A DNA stretch of 64,000 nucleotides from Chiloscyllium plagiosum (taxonomy: Eukaryota), in contig NC_057750.1 of NCBI RefSeq assembly GCF_004010195.1, positions 18,700,542 through 18,764,541 of the forward strand, in the 5' to 3' direction. The translations under genes and the position numbers were made by a program. This document shows, piece after piece, positions 26,235 through 37,620 of this stretch. Under the pieces are notes generated by a model, which was not told where the DNA came from, made no database searches, and saw only the letters and a program-made list of their open reading frames with translations. Position 1 is the stretch's first letter. Each line of letters begins with the position of its first letter.

Positions 26235-28825
26235 TTTTCGGACTGAGCTATTTTCTCAATCCGTAAGAGGCGAGTGCAGAATTGGATAGTGTGTGAGTGA
26301 CCAACTCACTCCACTCAAATTATGGAAAGGACATAAAGGAAGTGACGTCGACTGCGTCCGTCTTTTCTCTTGGCGAACCATTTGAATCGAGCTGGGTCTA
26401 AGTACAGTTTCAGTCCGACTTGCTCTCTTTTCTCTCTCTCTCTCATTCTCTGCCCCTACTGGTACCGCACAGATATAGCATTTAACGATCATGCACATCT
26501 GAATACCCGTCTCACTTTCTCCATCTCTCAAAGGTTGTTTCTTCTTTCGTCCATCAGTCTCCATGCTGCCTCCTATAGTTTTTTTTAGGATCTGTTCAGA
26601 GGTATTTTATTGTCCCTCCATTTCTAACACACTTTCATTATTCCACTGCCCCAATCTCTCTGTCGCAGTACAGCGCATTCTCTCTCAAGTTCTCATTAAA
26701 GGGAAATTACTGAAAGGTTACCGCGAGTTGACCTGAATGGACCATCAAGTCAGATTTTGGAACATGAAAATATTTATTAAGACGAACAATTGTTTGGAAG
26801 ATAAAGCCCTCACGATGAAACGTTTTAATTAAGCAAGGTAAAAGATGCATTTTTTCTGCCTGGAGTTCCCTTTTCAATAAGGGAAGGAGCGAGAGCAGGA
26901 GCATTGATTCTTGTGAAGAGGTTAACCAATTGTTTCAAGTTACTAAGTCGAAAATTTGAAGTTTAAAAGTTACTGAGGACAACTTGGATACGCCCTTTCT
27001 ACATTCAACATATGGGGAAGTAAAATTGTTGATTAATTTATTCTTGCATGGGCCATGGGTGTTGCCTGTTAAGACAGGCATTTATTGTCCATTGTTGATT
27101 ATGCTTGAGCTGGCATTTCAGAGAGCACGTCAGTCAATCACACTCTTGTAGGTGTGGAGTCACATGCAAATCAAAGTAAGGATATCAAATTTCCTTACCT
27201 AAATAGAGTTAGTAAACCTGGTGTTTTCTTTCACAACAATCCACACTAGTTACTTGGTTTCAATTACTCTAATTTTTAATTCTAGATTTAATTGTATTCA
27301 AGTGGCGCCATCTGCCATTGATTCGAACCTATGGCAAAGAATATGAGCCTGGGTCTCTCGAACTAGTCTAGTGACATTACCACGATGGCCACCAACTCTC
27401 AATATTTCACAATTTGTTTGAATAAAAACATTAACTAAACACAGCTGCATTCTTAATTATTAAAACGTACATTAAAAATACGCAGTCAAATTTGATGAGT
27501 TCCTTCTGTTCCAATGTGGCAGTCTCGAGGGATTTAATGGTTTCACGCTGCCCGATAGAGGACTTGATGGGCACAATAGACTCAGTCTGTCCGTAATAGC
27601 AGGTTCTAATTTGCAAAACGATTTCTGCCTCTTTATACGTAACCGTGTCAAGGGGGAGGGGGTGGGGAAGGTGGTGAATTGCTTCACCCGTGTTGCTTTG
27701 CAAAAGGCTGGAAGAGGCTATAGACGTCTGCTGTTCGCGTGTGACAAAGCAAATTCCAAGCACTTGTTTGTTCAATGTCCCTCGTCCAGTTCTGGACAGA
27801 GAGTCTATGGCGTGCATGGATAAAACCCAGTCTTTTTAATGATCATATTTTCTGATATTTGCAACCTATAAGCTTGGTGCCACTTTTTTTCAGCAGGAGG
27901 ATAAAAAGATCAAAACGATGACAAACTTACGTAATTTTTCTAATGTCCATTGGAAGATGTCATTTGAATTGTAACCCACACATGTAGTCGCCCAAGGCTG
28001 AAATTGAATCATGGTCTCTCGTGCTGTGATATAGCAGTGTTAACTACATTGCCATCGTGCCGCCCTCATGCTCAGTAAACTCCCCATATAGCCTCCAAAT
28101 CTCTATACTCAGAGCTGTGGATGAGCTATTCTGTAACAAGTGCATAATGTTCACGTTCTTTGGAATCTCCATTTCAGAGAGCAATTAATCAACAGCATTG
28201 GATTGTATCCTGAATCACTTAGAGGTCAAATTGTATAAGGATGGACATTAGTGAACCAGATTGGTGTTTATTTTCGACAATCCGGTACTTTCATGGACAC
28301 TTTGCTGATAATACTTTTAGTATTGCAGATTTTATTCAATTTTCTGCCAATGTGGGTAGTTAAATGCATATAACGAGATCATTAGCCTAGACTTCTATAT
28401 AACTACGAGAACAGAAACAAACCAACTGTGCTGGATTCAGACGTAGCACTGGTTTCCTACGGCAAAGGCAAAAAATGATACAGCGCCAACGGCATATTTC
28501 ATTGGTTACATTCAGCCAAAATCGAACATTTCACCATTGAAATATTGAATGCGTCAGCATAACTGTGTAACTTGCAGGTTTAGACTAACAGACTCTGTTA
28601 TCAACGGACGTAAGTCAATAGCCAGACTCTTCATTTAGCTCCGCCTCGGAAATGACATACCTCAGGTAAGAACCAATGAACAATAAAGGAACTGTCGCTT
28701 CCTATCTCTTGATTGAAGTATTGTGAGGAGAATATATAAATTTCTCTCCGTGTCTTGAATGTGAGACATTCTACAGTGAAATGGTTTGGTGATTTCATAC
28801 AATAAACCCACGCGATCCTGCAAAG

Positions 28826-28868
28826 ATGTTTGTGTCACACCTTTGTATTTTAATCCTGGTGGTAACTG
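28826..28868 (+). CDS. TRBV: Leader exon of V#4 (MFVSHLCILILVVT-)
   Basis: ATG at 28826, 14 codons plus 1 nt, gtaggc donor; TATA-like AATATATAAA at 28731-28740. Confidence 0.85.
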
Positions 28869-29417
28869 GTAGGCAGAGCTGAACTCTGATGTACTTGTGC
28901 TCTGTCTTTCCTTTCTAGGTTTAAACCGCCTTTCTGGATCATTCTTACCGTCTAAACGTGTAAATTCTATTTGTCACCGTTTCTGTCGGTCACACTGCCT
29001 TCCACACCACTTCAATTCCTCTCCCTTTCGCTCTCTCCTTACTTCTTCTGTGGGTGTCTTTAGCTTTGGCTTTATGAATGAGTCCCACAATGAGTTGCTA
29101 CACACGAAACGTTAACTCTGTTTCTCGCCCCAGGATCTTGCCATGCCTGCTAATGTTCTTCAGCATTTTCTGCTTTTATTTCAGTTCTGCAGTATTTTGC
29201 TTTTGTTTGAGGATCTCTACTTCTGTGCTTTCCTCTTTTTGGTTTGCATGGATTCTCTATCGCTTTCTCGACATTGTGCTTCATTCTAGTGTCTTTGTTT
29301 TTCTCGGACCCTCTTTCTCTGTATCTGTCACTGATTCTTTCTCTATTGCATTGTACCGCTCTCACATATTTTGTGCCCTTTCAAAGGTGTCATGTCTTTA
29401 CATTCTCTACTTTATAG

Positions 29418-29713
29418 ATGCGGCGTCAGTGCAGATCCGACAGACTCCCGCTTTTGTATCCCAGCGTCCAGGCACTTCAATCAGTATGGAATGCGTTTGC
29501 ACAGAAGCTACAGCTGGCTCAACCTTCTACTGGTATCGATGGCATCCTGGTGGACAGCCTCAGAACCTTTTTTATTCTTATGCTGGAACAATCACCCCGA
29601 ACACTGAAGTTGACGGTTTCACTGCCAGGAAATCTGGCAGCACTCACTTCTACCTCGAATCTTCCAGCCTGGGGGTGAATCACACAGCCATGTATTACTG
29701 TGCCTGGAGTTTA
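29418..29713 (+). CDS. TRBV: TCR beta V segment #4, V exon (apparently functional, CAWS type)
   Basis: DAASVQIRQTP...MECVC...FYWYRWHPGG...NHTAMYYCAWSL after a tttatag acceptor. The longer 215-aa ORF in the track is intron read-through. Confidence 0.93.
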
Positions 29714-29752
29714 CACACTGACTAAGAGAGATGGGGGTGTTCAACAAAAACC
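29714..29752 (+). other. 23-RSS of V#4
   Basis: CACACTG, 23-bp spacer, ACAAAAACC. Confidence 0.93.
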
Positions 29753-30065
29753 CTCAGTGGATCCGTATGTGTCAATCTGCCAGCCTCTCATTTCTTCTAT
29801 GTCAATCGAACTATTAACTGATTTGCGTATCAATCTATTAGTTTCTATATATTTTCCAATTATTTTTGAGAAGTCTTTTTGAAGAAGAGGATTGAGGTGC
29901 TGAAACATCTTTTTATATGTAAATATCCAGAGGCTGAACTGTCATTCTCCTTCTCTTGTAATAACAGATTGGAAGGAGCTGAAAGTCTTCCTCGAACTTG
30001 TACATAACATATTCTGTCTCCAAATCCAAAACAAGCCCGTGACACTGGTCTCCCGCTTTACGCAC

Positions 30066-30114
30066 GAAACATTAGCAGGACTTCTGACGTGCAGAACAAG
30101 AGCAAAGTCCGTGT
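30066..30114 (-). pseudogene. Orphan leader exon paralogous to the V#2 leader (start codon ATG changed to ACA, no V exon)
   Basis: Minus strand reads ACA-CGG-ACT-TTG-CTC-TTG-TTC-TGC-ACG-TCA-GAA-GTC-CTG-CTA-ATG-TTT, versus the V#2 leader ATG-CGG-ACT-TGG-CTG-TTG-TTC-TTC-ACG-TCA-GAA-CTG-CTT-CTA-ATG-ATG. Confidence 0.75.
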
Positions 30115-31649
30115 GGTATGACAAACAGTGTCTGGCAGAAGGGCATTAAAGCAGCTCACAGACAGTATATAAGCAGGAGGCTGGAAGAACGCAACAAGCC
30201 AGGCAGCACCGGGAAGTGAAAATGTCAACATTTCGATTGTAACCCTTCTTCAGGACTGGGGGTAGTTGTAGGGAGCTGCACATAAAGGGAGTGAGAGGCA
30301 AGGTGATGAGATGGGGATAGGTGATCACAAGTAGAGGGTACCACCTGGTTGGGAGGAATGAATCCAGTTGGTGGCTCGAAGGAAGGGGCTTGGAAGGTGG
30401 CTCACCTCTGATGAGAGGAATGGAAGGGAGGGGAAGGGGCTTGGAAGGGAGTTGGATGATGGGAAGGGAGGTTATTTGACATTGGACAACTCAATGTTAA
30501 GTCTTCTGGGCTGTACTTTGCCTAGACGGAAGATGTGGTGTTGAGTAGATGCCGTTCACCAGCGTGGAATTGATGGGTGTAATGGGAAGCAGTTGTCCAA
30601 TGAATCATCCTGCTCTCACACTGTCTGAATGACAGACCAGACCTTTCAAGATTCAGGAACATGCTTTTGAAATGGTTTGTTCTTCCATTCCCTAACATGC
30701 CCCCTCACTCAAGGACCGTACTTTTGTGCCTTTGCGTACAAAATGACAGCTACTCGGAGTAAAATTGACTTCTGTTTCAGCTATGAACATTTAGCTGGGA
30801 TCTAATTCAAATGCTGAAAATGTTGCAAGAATTTGATACGTAGAGATGGAGAAGTGGCATTCTATGGTGAGACAGTACTTTTCCCTATTGTATAACAAAA
30901 TGCACGTGACAGTAAATAAATTAAATAACATGTCAGTCTGCAGAACAGGAGCATAAGTATCGGGTTAACAAGTGAACTGCAGCTGGCAATAAAGGGTGGT
31001 GGAATAGTAAAAGTCATTTGACATGGTGAATAATGAAGATTTGTAAAAGATTCTAATGTGATTAATAAGTATGTATTCACTAGGTATATCAAATGTGACT
31101 GAAACAAAATTGGATTAGAGTCTTCAAGTCCAAATTGGACAGGATTTGATAAAATGTTAGAATAGGATTGAGGAGCCGATTCAACTCCTAAACCTATTCA
31201 AGTAGCTAGAAAGGCTGAAGTGCCATTCTCCTTCCCTTGTATTACAGGTTGGAGGGAGTTGAACGGCATACTCGAACTTCTATATAATGGGCTCGTGTGG
31301 GTCTATTCCGCCTCCTGTTCCTGTGTTTGTAACTGTGTTTGTAACTAGTGGAAGCACGATGGGTCTCCTCCTGTTTCCCTCGAAGAATGGCTGAATGTCT
31401 TTCTGTCATTCCTATATAACCGACCTCAGACACGCTTAGCGGGTTCTCTCCTTTTCCCATGTAGCAATCTTCGCAGCCTGAAAAGGATTTCCTCCGGAAC
31501 CTGTGTAGCAGGCTCGACAGAAGAGAATTATTCTCGTCCTTTCCCTCGATAACACAACTCAATTACATCCTTCTATCCATTCAGTCTGATTAAATCAACT
31601 TTCATATGCCCTTGCATTTCGTTATGTAGGCCCTGTCACCGTTCATAGA

Positions 31650-31980
31650 AACCATACAATGCGGAAGGAGGCCGTTCGGCCCATCGAGTCTGCACTGCCC
31701 CGCCAAAGAGCATCACCTCCCCCCCCCCCAACCCCAGCCCCCTAACCGATCAACATAACGCCACGCTTACCATGGACAATAGGATATATCACTAGACAAT
31801 GCGGGCAATTTAGCATGGCTGATCCACTTAGTCTGCATATCTTTGGATTGTGGGAGAAAACCGAAGCCCCGGTGGAAACTCACGCAGACTGAGGAGAAGG
31901 CGCAAACCCCACACGGTCACCTAAGGTTAAAATCGGACCCGGATCCCTGGCGCTGTGACGCCGATGTGCTCACCACCGCC
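31650..31980 (-). mobile_element. HE1-like V-SINE
   Basis: Central GGGCAATTTAGCATGG...TTTGGATTGTGGGAG domain shared with the other SINE copies. Confidence 0.7.
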
Positions 31981-32400
31981 CATTGATGCCTTTGTCTGCC
32001 CCTGTTGTTCATGTAGCGTCAGTGCATAAAAAGTCGTTGTGGTTTTATTTGCAAAAAACCTTATAGCATATACAATATGTTAAAATTATCTGAAATTATT
32101 GTTACGATTTTATCTACATGCATCTCATTAAACCTTAACTTTAAAGGCATCGGAGAGGTTACCCGATGGTCTTTTCTTCACAAAGACTCCTAGTCTCCCA
32201 ATTAGTATTAAGAACTCACTTCAGCTAGCACGCTTGCAAATATCCGTTTCCACTGTATTCAGCACTCCGCACACAATCTGAATCTTTATTTGAACCCGGC
32301 TGGTGTATTCATCAAGATCATTTCACTCTGTAAAATAAACCTCAATAAGACAAAGCGCAGCCTGGTTTTGATTCTCACAACTGTTTCCTGCCGCCATTCG

Positions 32401-32439
32401 AGTTTTTGTTGAGCTGCTCCTTCTTTCTGAGTCACTGTG
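32401..32439 (-). other. 23-RSS of V#5
   Basis: CACAGTG, 23-bp spacer, ACAAAAACT. Confidence 0.94.
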
Positions 32440-32738
32440 AATACTCCAAGCGCAGTAATACACGGCCGAGTGATTCACCAACAAGCTGGAGGACTTCAGA
32501 ATGAATTGGTATTCATTTGGTCGCTTGGCTGTGAAACCGATAACCGGCTGATCTGAACCCACTCTTTCTGTGGTTAGGGAATAAAACATCAACTGCAGTT
32601 CCTTCTCTGGATATTGCCTGTACCAGTACATGGAGATGCTATCGGTGCTCCCCTCCACAGCGCAGTTCAGTTCTAATTTATCCTGAGGATTTCTGCAAAC
32701 AGCGGCGGGAGTCTGGCGGATAGTCTGCAATTTCACAT
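32440..32738 (-). CDS. TRBV: TCR beta V segment #5, V exon (apparently functional, inverted, CAWS type)
   Basis: VKLQTIRQTP...LNCAV...MYWYRQYP...NHSAVYYCAWSI in an open frame after a ttccag acceptor. Confidence 0.93.
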
Positions 32739-32876
32739 CTGGAAAAGAGAGAGTGAAAGGGTGAAGGTCAGAGGAGTCATTTGGGCTAATAGAGAGAAAT
32801 AAACGCGTATTAAAAGAACGGGAAACAGTTATGAAGTATTGATTAAGTCATATTATTATTGATATATATTCCTTAC

Positions 32877-32913
32877 AATGACACATGATCAGTAATAGTA
32901 AAGGATACATCAT
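32877..32913 (-). CDS. TRBV: Leader exon of V#5 (MMYPLLLLIMCH-)
   Basis: 37 nt, gtaagg donor, phase 1; conserved in pseudogene #3. Confidence 0.87.
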
Positions 32914-35373
32914 ATAGAGTATTGCCCTCTCAATCTATAAAGAGGCAAGAGCAGAATTGGGGAGTGCGTGATTAACAATATTCTTAAACGATTGGAAAGA
33001 AGGTTAAGGGCGAAAGGAAGTGACGTAACTGCACCCGCCCTTCCTCGAATTGAACCAATGTGATCGACTTGACTGTTAATATTTTCCTTTATCTCGCATT
33101 TTCATCTTGGGCTGTTCTCTTGTCCTTTCTCTCTTAACAGTACTCCCTCTGCATACGCCAAACCACGCTCCCTGGATTTCCAGCCCAGTGATTTTATCAC
33201 TCTGCCCCCACGTCCAAATTAGCATAATTTGCTAATAAGATGCAACTAAACACATCTATATTCTTAATTACCAAAAGGTACAGTACACTCCCACGTTTGT
33301 AATGGCATGGCGGATGAGGTCAGTAACTAAGACATTCTGGGATAGAAAGAAAGTTATAAAGAAAAATTATTAATGAAAGGATTTGCTTTCAAACTTTTTA
33401 CAGAGAAACATGTCCTTCAGCCCTAGTGACAGCTGATCGCAACACTTCCCTTTTAAGATTGTAAATCCGAGAACACAGCATGAAGTCACACGGGGAACTG
33501 AACTACTGCTCCAATTAATTGAGTACTTATGAAGAGAAAAAAGAAATTATATCACAATGAATACGCCTCTTCCTTCAATCAAATCAACCCGACTGGATGT
33601 TGTCGCTAAACTAGCGATTATAAACGTCATTATTTATCTTTAATCAGCCTTTTTGGACATGTAGTGACACACCTCCGAGCAAGTAGTTCTTGAAGCCAGA
33701 CATTCTTGCCCAGAGATAGATATATTACCACTGTCGCTTTCAGTTACTGTTTAATGTTGCACAAAATGATGCCTGTCATCGATATTGTGCTAGACAATTG
33801 AAATCACCACATCTAGATTTTCGATTATTACATTATCTTCACCGAATCCTTAATCATCCTCATGTCAGTTCCCAACAAACCAGATGTCCCTTAGTGGTTA
33901 CTGAAGGCCTTTTGGTACAAGTGGCATAAAATGCAGAAATACCCTAGCACGCAGAGATAAGCATATTTTTAGGCACAGGAGGATCAGGGAGAACTAATGA
34001 CGTTCCCTTGATCGAGAACATTGCACAGGACCCTCACGGTATTGAGACAATTGGTAAACCAGGCCACATCAGTAATCCCTCTCAATAAGCTGAAGTGCGA
34101 ATATCCACAAGTGTAAAACTAAATGGAACAAAATGTTTCTAACTATATGTCATTAATATTCTTAATTTCTGAAAATCAATTTCTCCGGTGTAGTAAATTC
34201 TTAAATGGCTTAGTGATGTGTGTAAACCAGATAGTCAAGATTCATCTCCTGTGCCACAAATATGGGTTCAAAGTTGGGATCTTATATTCTTTACAGATGT
34301 ATTGTAAAAAGGGATATAAATCGTCAATTAAATATCCAGAAATATGTGGCTTTTAGAAAGGACAGACAGGAAGAAAAAAATGATACGGTAGGTTTTTTTT
34401 TAGCATGCATTAGCAAGAAATTATCATTATTCAGAAGATGTCGAATCCAGACAGGTGAAGTAATAAGAAGAGGACGAAGACACTTGTTGGCCCTCTTGTG
34501 GTGCGGTGGCACTGCCTTTAGTCCTGAACCAAGAGATCTGGGTTCAAGTCCTTCCATTCAGTAGGCGTGAAATAATATCTCTGAACAGATTGCTTGGGAA
34601 AATAGGTTAAATAAAAATAATGGCGACAGTGGTAGGAATGCTATTGACCCTATAACAGTAGCCATACGGTAAACAATATGAGAGATAGAAGAGAGAGAAC
34701 TCAGTGAAATACATAATTATGTCCCGAAAGTACATTGTAGAAGAAGAGAGATTAGAGGACTTAAGATACATAGTAGTAATAAACGGCTGGCCTTGTTTAA
34801 ATGCAACCCAGGACATTATGGTAAGGTATGGAAGAAGCTGTGTGGCCACTAGCAAAGATACTTGTATAATCTAAAGCACAGGTGAGGTGCCAGAAGACTG
34901 AAGAATGGCTAATGTTGTGTCTTTATTACAGACAGGCTGGAAGAAAGTCCAGGGAATGATGGCCTGGTGAGTCTGACATCAGTGGAGGGTAAGTTGTTGC
35001 AGAGGGGATTCTGAGAGGCAGGATCTACATGCATTTGGAAAGGCAAGGGCTGATTAGGAATAGTCAATATGGCTTTGTGTGTGGGAAATCGAGTCTCACT
35101 AACTTGATTGAGGATTGTGAGAACAAAATGAGGGCAGAACTGTAGATGCTGTCTTCATGAGACAAGGCCTTTGACAATGTTCTGCATGGTAGTCTGGTCA
35201 GATAACATTGGATCCAAGGAGAGGTAGCCAATTGGATTCAAATTTCGCTGGACAGTAAATAGTTGGTGTTTAATGTTCACTTTTAGATTTAAGGAATAAA
35301 AACCAGATTTACCGTGGTGTCATCACTTGCTTTGAATTCACTATTAGATTTAGGATGACAGTATTTTAAACAG

Positions 35374-35889
35374 GCGAAAGTGAGGACTGCAGATGCTAGA
35401 GATCAGAGTCAAAATTAGAGTGGTGCTGGAAAAGCACAGCAAGTCAGGCAGCATCCGAGGAACAGGATCAGAGCCTTCCTGATGAAGGGCTCCTGCCCGA
35501 AAGGTCGATTTTCCTGCTCTCTGATGCTGCCTGACCCGCTGTGCGTTTCCAGCACCACTCTACGGGCGGCACGGTGGCACAGTGGTTAGCACTGCTGCCT
35601 CACAGCACCAGAGACCTGGGTTCAAATCCCGCCTCAGGCGACTGACTGTGTGGAGTTTGCACATTCTCCCTTTGTCTGCGTGGGTTTCCTCCAGGTGGTC
35701 CGGTTTCCTCCCACAGTCCAAAGATGTGCTGGTCAGGTGAATTGGCCATGCTAAATTGCCTGTAGTGTTAGGTGAAGGGGTAAGTGTAGGGGTATGGGTG
35801 GGTTGCGCTTCGGCGGGTCGGTGTGGACTTGTTGGGCCGAAGGGCCTGTTTCCACACTGTAGGTAATCTAATCTAAACTAATCTACTCT
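35374..35889 (+). mobile_element. Fold-back hammerhead-core element with an 18-bp TSD, containing a nested full-length V-SINE
   Basis: TGACAGTATTTTAAACAG at 35356-35373 and 35890-35907; inverted arms at about 35416-35466 and 35512-35562. Confidence 0.85.
35563..35884 (+). mobile_element. Full-length tRNA-derived V-SINE (HE1-like)
   Basis: Pol III A box (TGGCACAGTGG), B box (GGTTCAAATCC), V-domain, CR1-like 3' tail and (AATCT)n end. Confidence 0.88.
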
Positions 35890-37019
35890 TGACAGTATTT
35901 TAAACAGTCGGCCCATAGTTTCTTTTACTTTTTTCCTCCACTACTCATACAATCTACTCTTTCTCAAGTTAGATTCCAGTTGAAGTATTTTCTCTGATTT
36001 GGAACTTACTGTTTAATCCACTTCAGTCACACTTTTAGGCAGAACATTCTGTATTTTCATTAATTCGGATGGATTTGCCTGATTCTCTTTTAACATTTTG
36101 ATCGCCTGTGGACATATCTGGTAAAGGGAGCGTACGTTGTACACACTTAATTGCCCTTAAACTGAAGGCTTCACTAGGCCATTTCAGAGGATAGTTTAAT
36201 AGTCAACCACGTTGTTGTAGATCTGGAGTCATGTGCAGGTCGGACGAGACAGGTACACTTTCTTCCCAAAGGGGATTAGCAAATAAGATGGCTTGTTGAT
36301 TTTGTTGATGAGCTTGTATGTGTGAATGACTAGCCAGTCATATTTGTGACGTTATTGTGCCTTTAAGGGAGATGTGTTTTGTCGTGTTTCTCTCGCAGAG
36401 GTGTGTTTTCACCATGGCAGCGAGGTATCAGCTTCAGGCACGTGGACTAAATAGCTTTGCTTTTTTTAAATTACACTGTGGACAAAAAAAGCATGAATGG
36501 GCGCAGTCACGACTCAGACAAACCCAGAAAGGTTTATTTTTAGTTTTACTTTCAGTTAGTTGAAGATTTCTGCTGGCAATGAGCTAAATGCTTCAGTTCC
36601 AAGCTGCAAGAGTGATATCTTCGACGACAGAAGAGGCAAATAGTTTCTTTCTTCTGGGCTGAACACCTAGATATTTCTGTCAAGTATTCTGGTTCTGTGT
36701 AATCTGGCAACAGACACTTTTAGATTTTCTTTCAGAATAGGTGGACAACGCCAGTAAGGAAGGTTTTCCTAGCTAACACTAAATACTTTGAGAAGGTGGT
36801 GGTTCCTTGCCTGCTTGAATCTGCAGTTAATCTGATGCAGGTACACCAGCCATGCTGTTAGGAATGGAGTTCGAGCGAAAGTGAGGGAAATTTGATATAA
36901 TACCACTTCAGGACAATATTTGATTTGGAAAGCCACTTGAAGTTTGCGGTATTCTCCTGTTTTTTTCCTATTCATTTCCTACTCAGTGGAAAAGGTCGCG
37001 GGTTTGAAAGTTGATGTGG

Positions 37020-37312
37020 TTAGATTAGATTAGATTACATTACAGTGTGGAAACAGGCCCTTCGGCCCAACAAGTCCACACCGACCCGTCGAAGCGCAAC
37101 CCACCCCTACATTTACCCCTTACCTAACACTACGGGCAATTTAGCATGGCCAATTCACATAACCTGCACATTTTTGGACTGTGGGAGGAAACTGGAGCAC
37201 CCGGAGGAAACCCACGCAGACACGGGGAGAATGTGCAAACTCCACACAGCCAGTCGCCTGAGGCGGGAATTGAACCCGGGTCTCTGGCGCTGTGAGGCAG
37301 CAGTGCTGCACC
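37020..37312 (-). mobile_element. HE1-like V-SINE
   Basis: Reverse complement of the 35563-35884 element with a (TAGAT)n tail. Confidence 0.88.
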
Positions 37313-37591
37313 GCCCACGGTGCATCTTGTAAACTGCAAATTGCACTACTGCAACTATTCCTTGGAGAGCTGCTACTGTGAGAGGAAACGTTGCTCGCAT
37401 AAATACTCTACCGAAGCGATAGTATCACGTGCCAAATGGTCTAATTGCTCCCACTCTGCTCTAAAGAGAAGCATTCCAACTTTTCCCTTTCTTTGGTACA
37501 TCTATGATAAATCTCGCTTTAATCTTCTCTGCTGAAAATGTGTTGCTGGAAAAGCGCAGCAGGTCAGGCAGCATCCAAGGAGCAGGAGAAT

Positions 37592-37620
37592 CGACGTTTC
37601 GAGCATGAGCCCTTCTTCAG
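37592..37620 (-). ncRNA. Minimal type I hammerhead ribozyme-like core in a short repeat
   Basis: Minus strand CTGAAGA-a-gggc-tcat-gctc-GAAA-CGTCG, which fits CUGANGA, stem II, GAAA, short palindromic stem III and GUC. Confidence 0.6.

Noticed and set aside
27300-27322. CTCF-like GGCGCCATCTGCC
   Set aside because: It lies inside a decayed SINE-like repeat in which similar CCATCTGC sequence recurs (for example near 19583).
29078-29417. Hydrophobic N-terminal extension of the 215-aa ORF, suggesting a membrane-protein/V fusion
   Set aside because: This is pyrimidine-rich intron with a decayed repeat. A proper leader (28826-28868) and splice acceptor (29417) explain the gene.
35563-35640. tRNA gene
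   Set aside because: The A and B boxes belong to the tRNA-derived head of a V-SINE.
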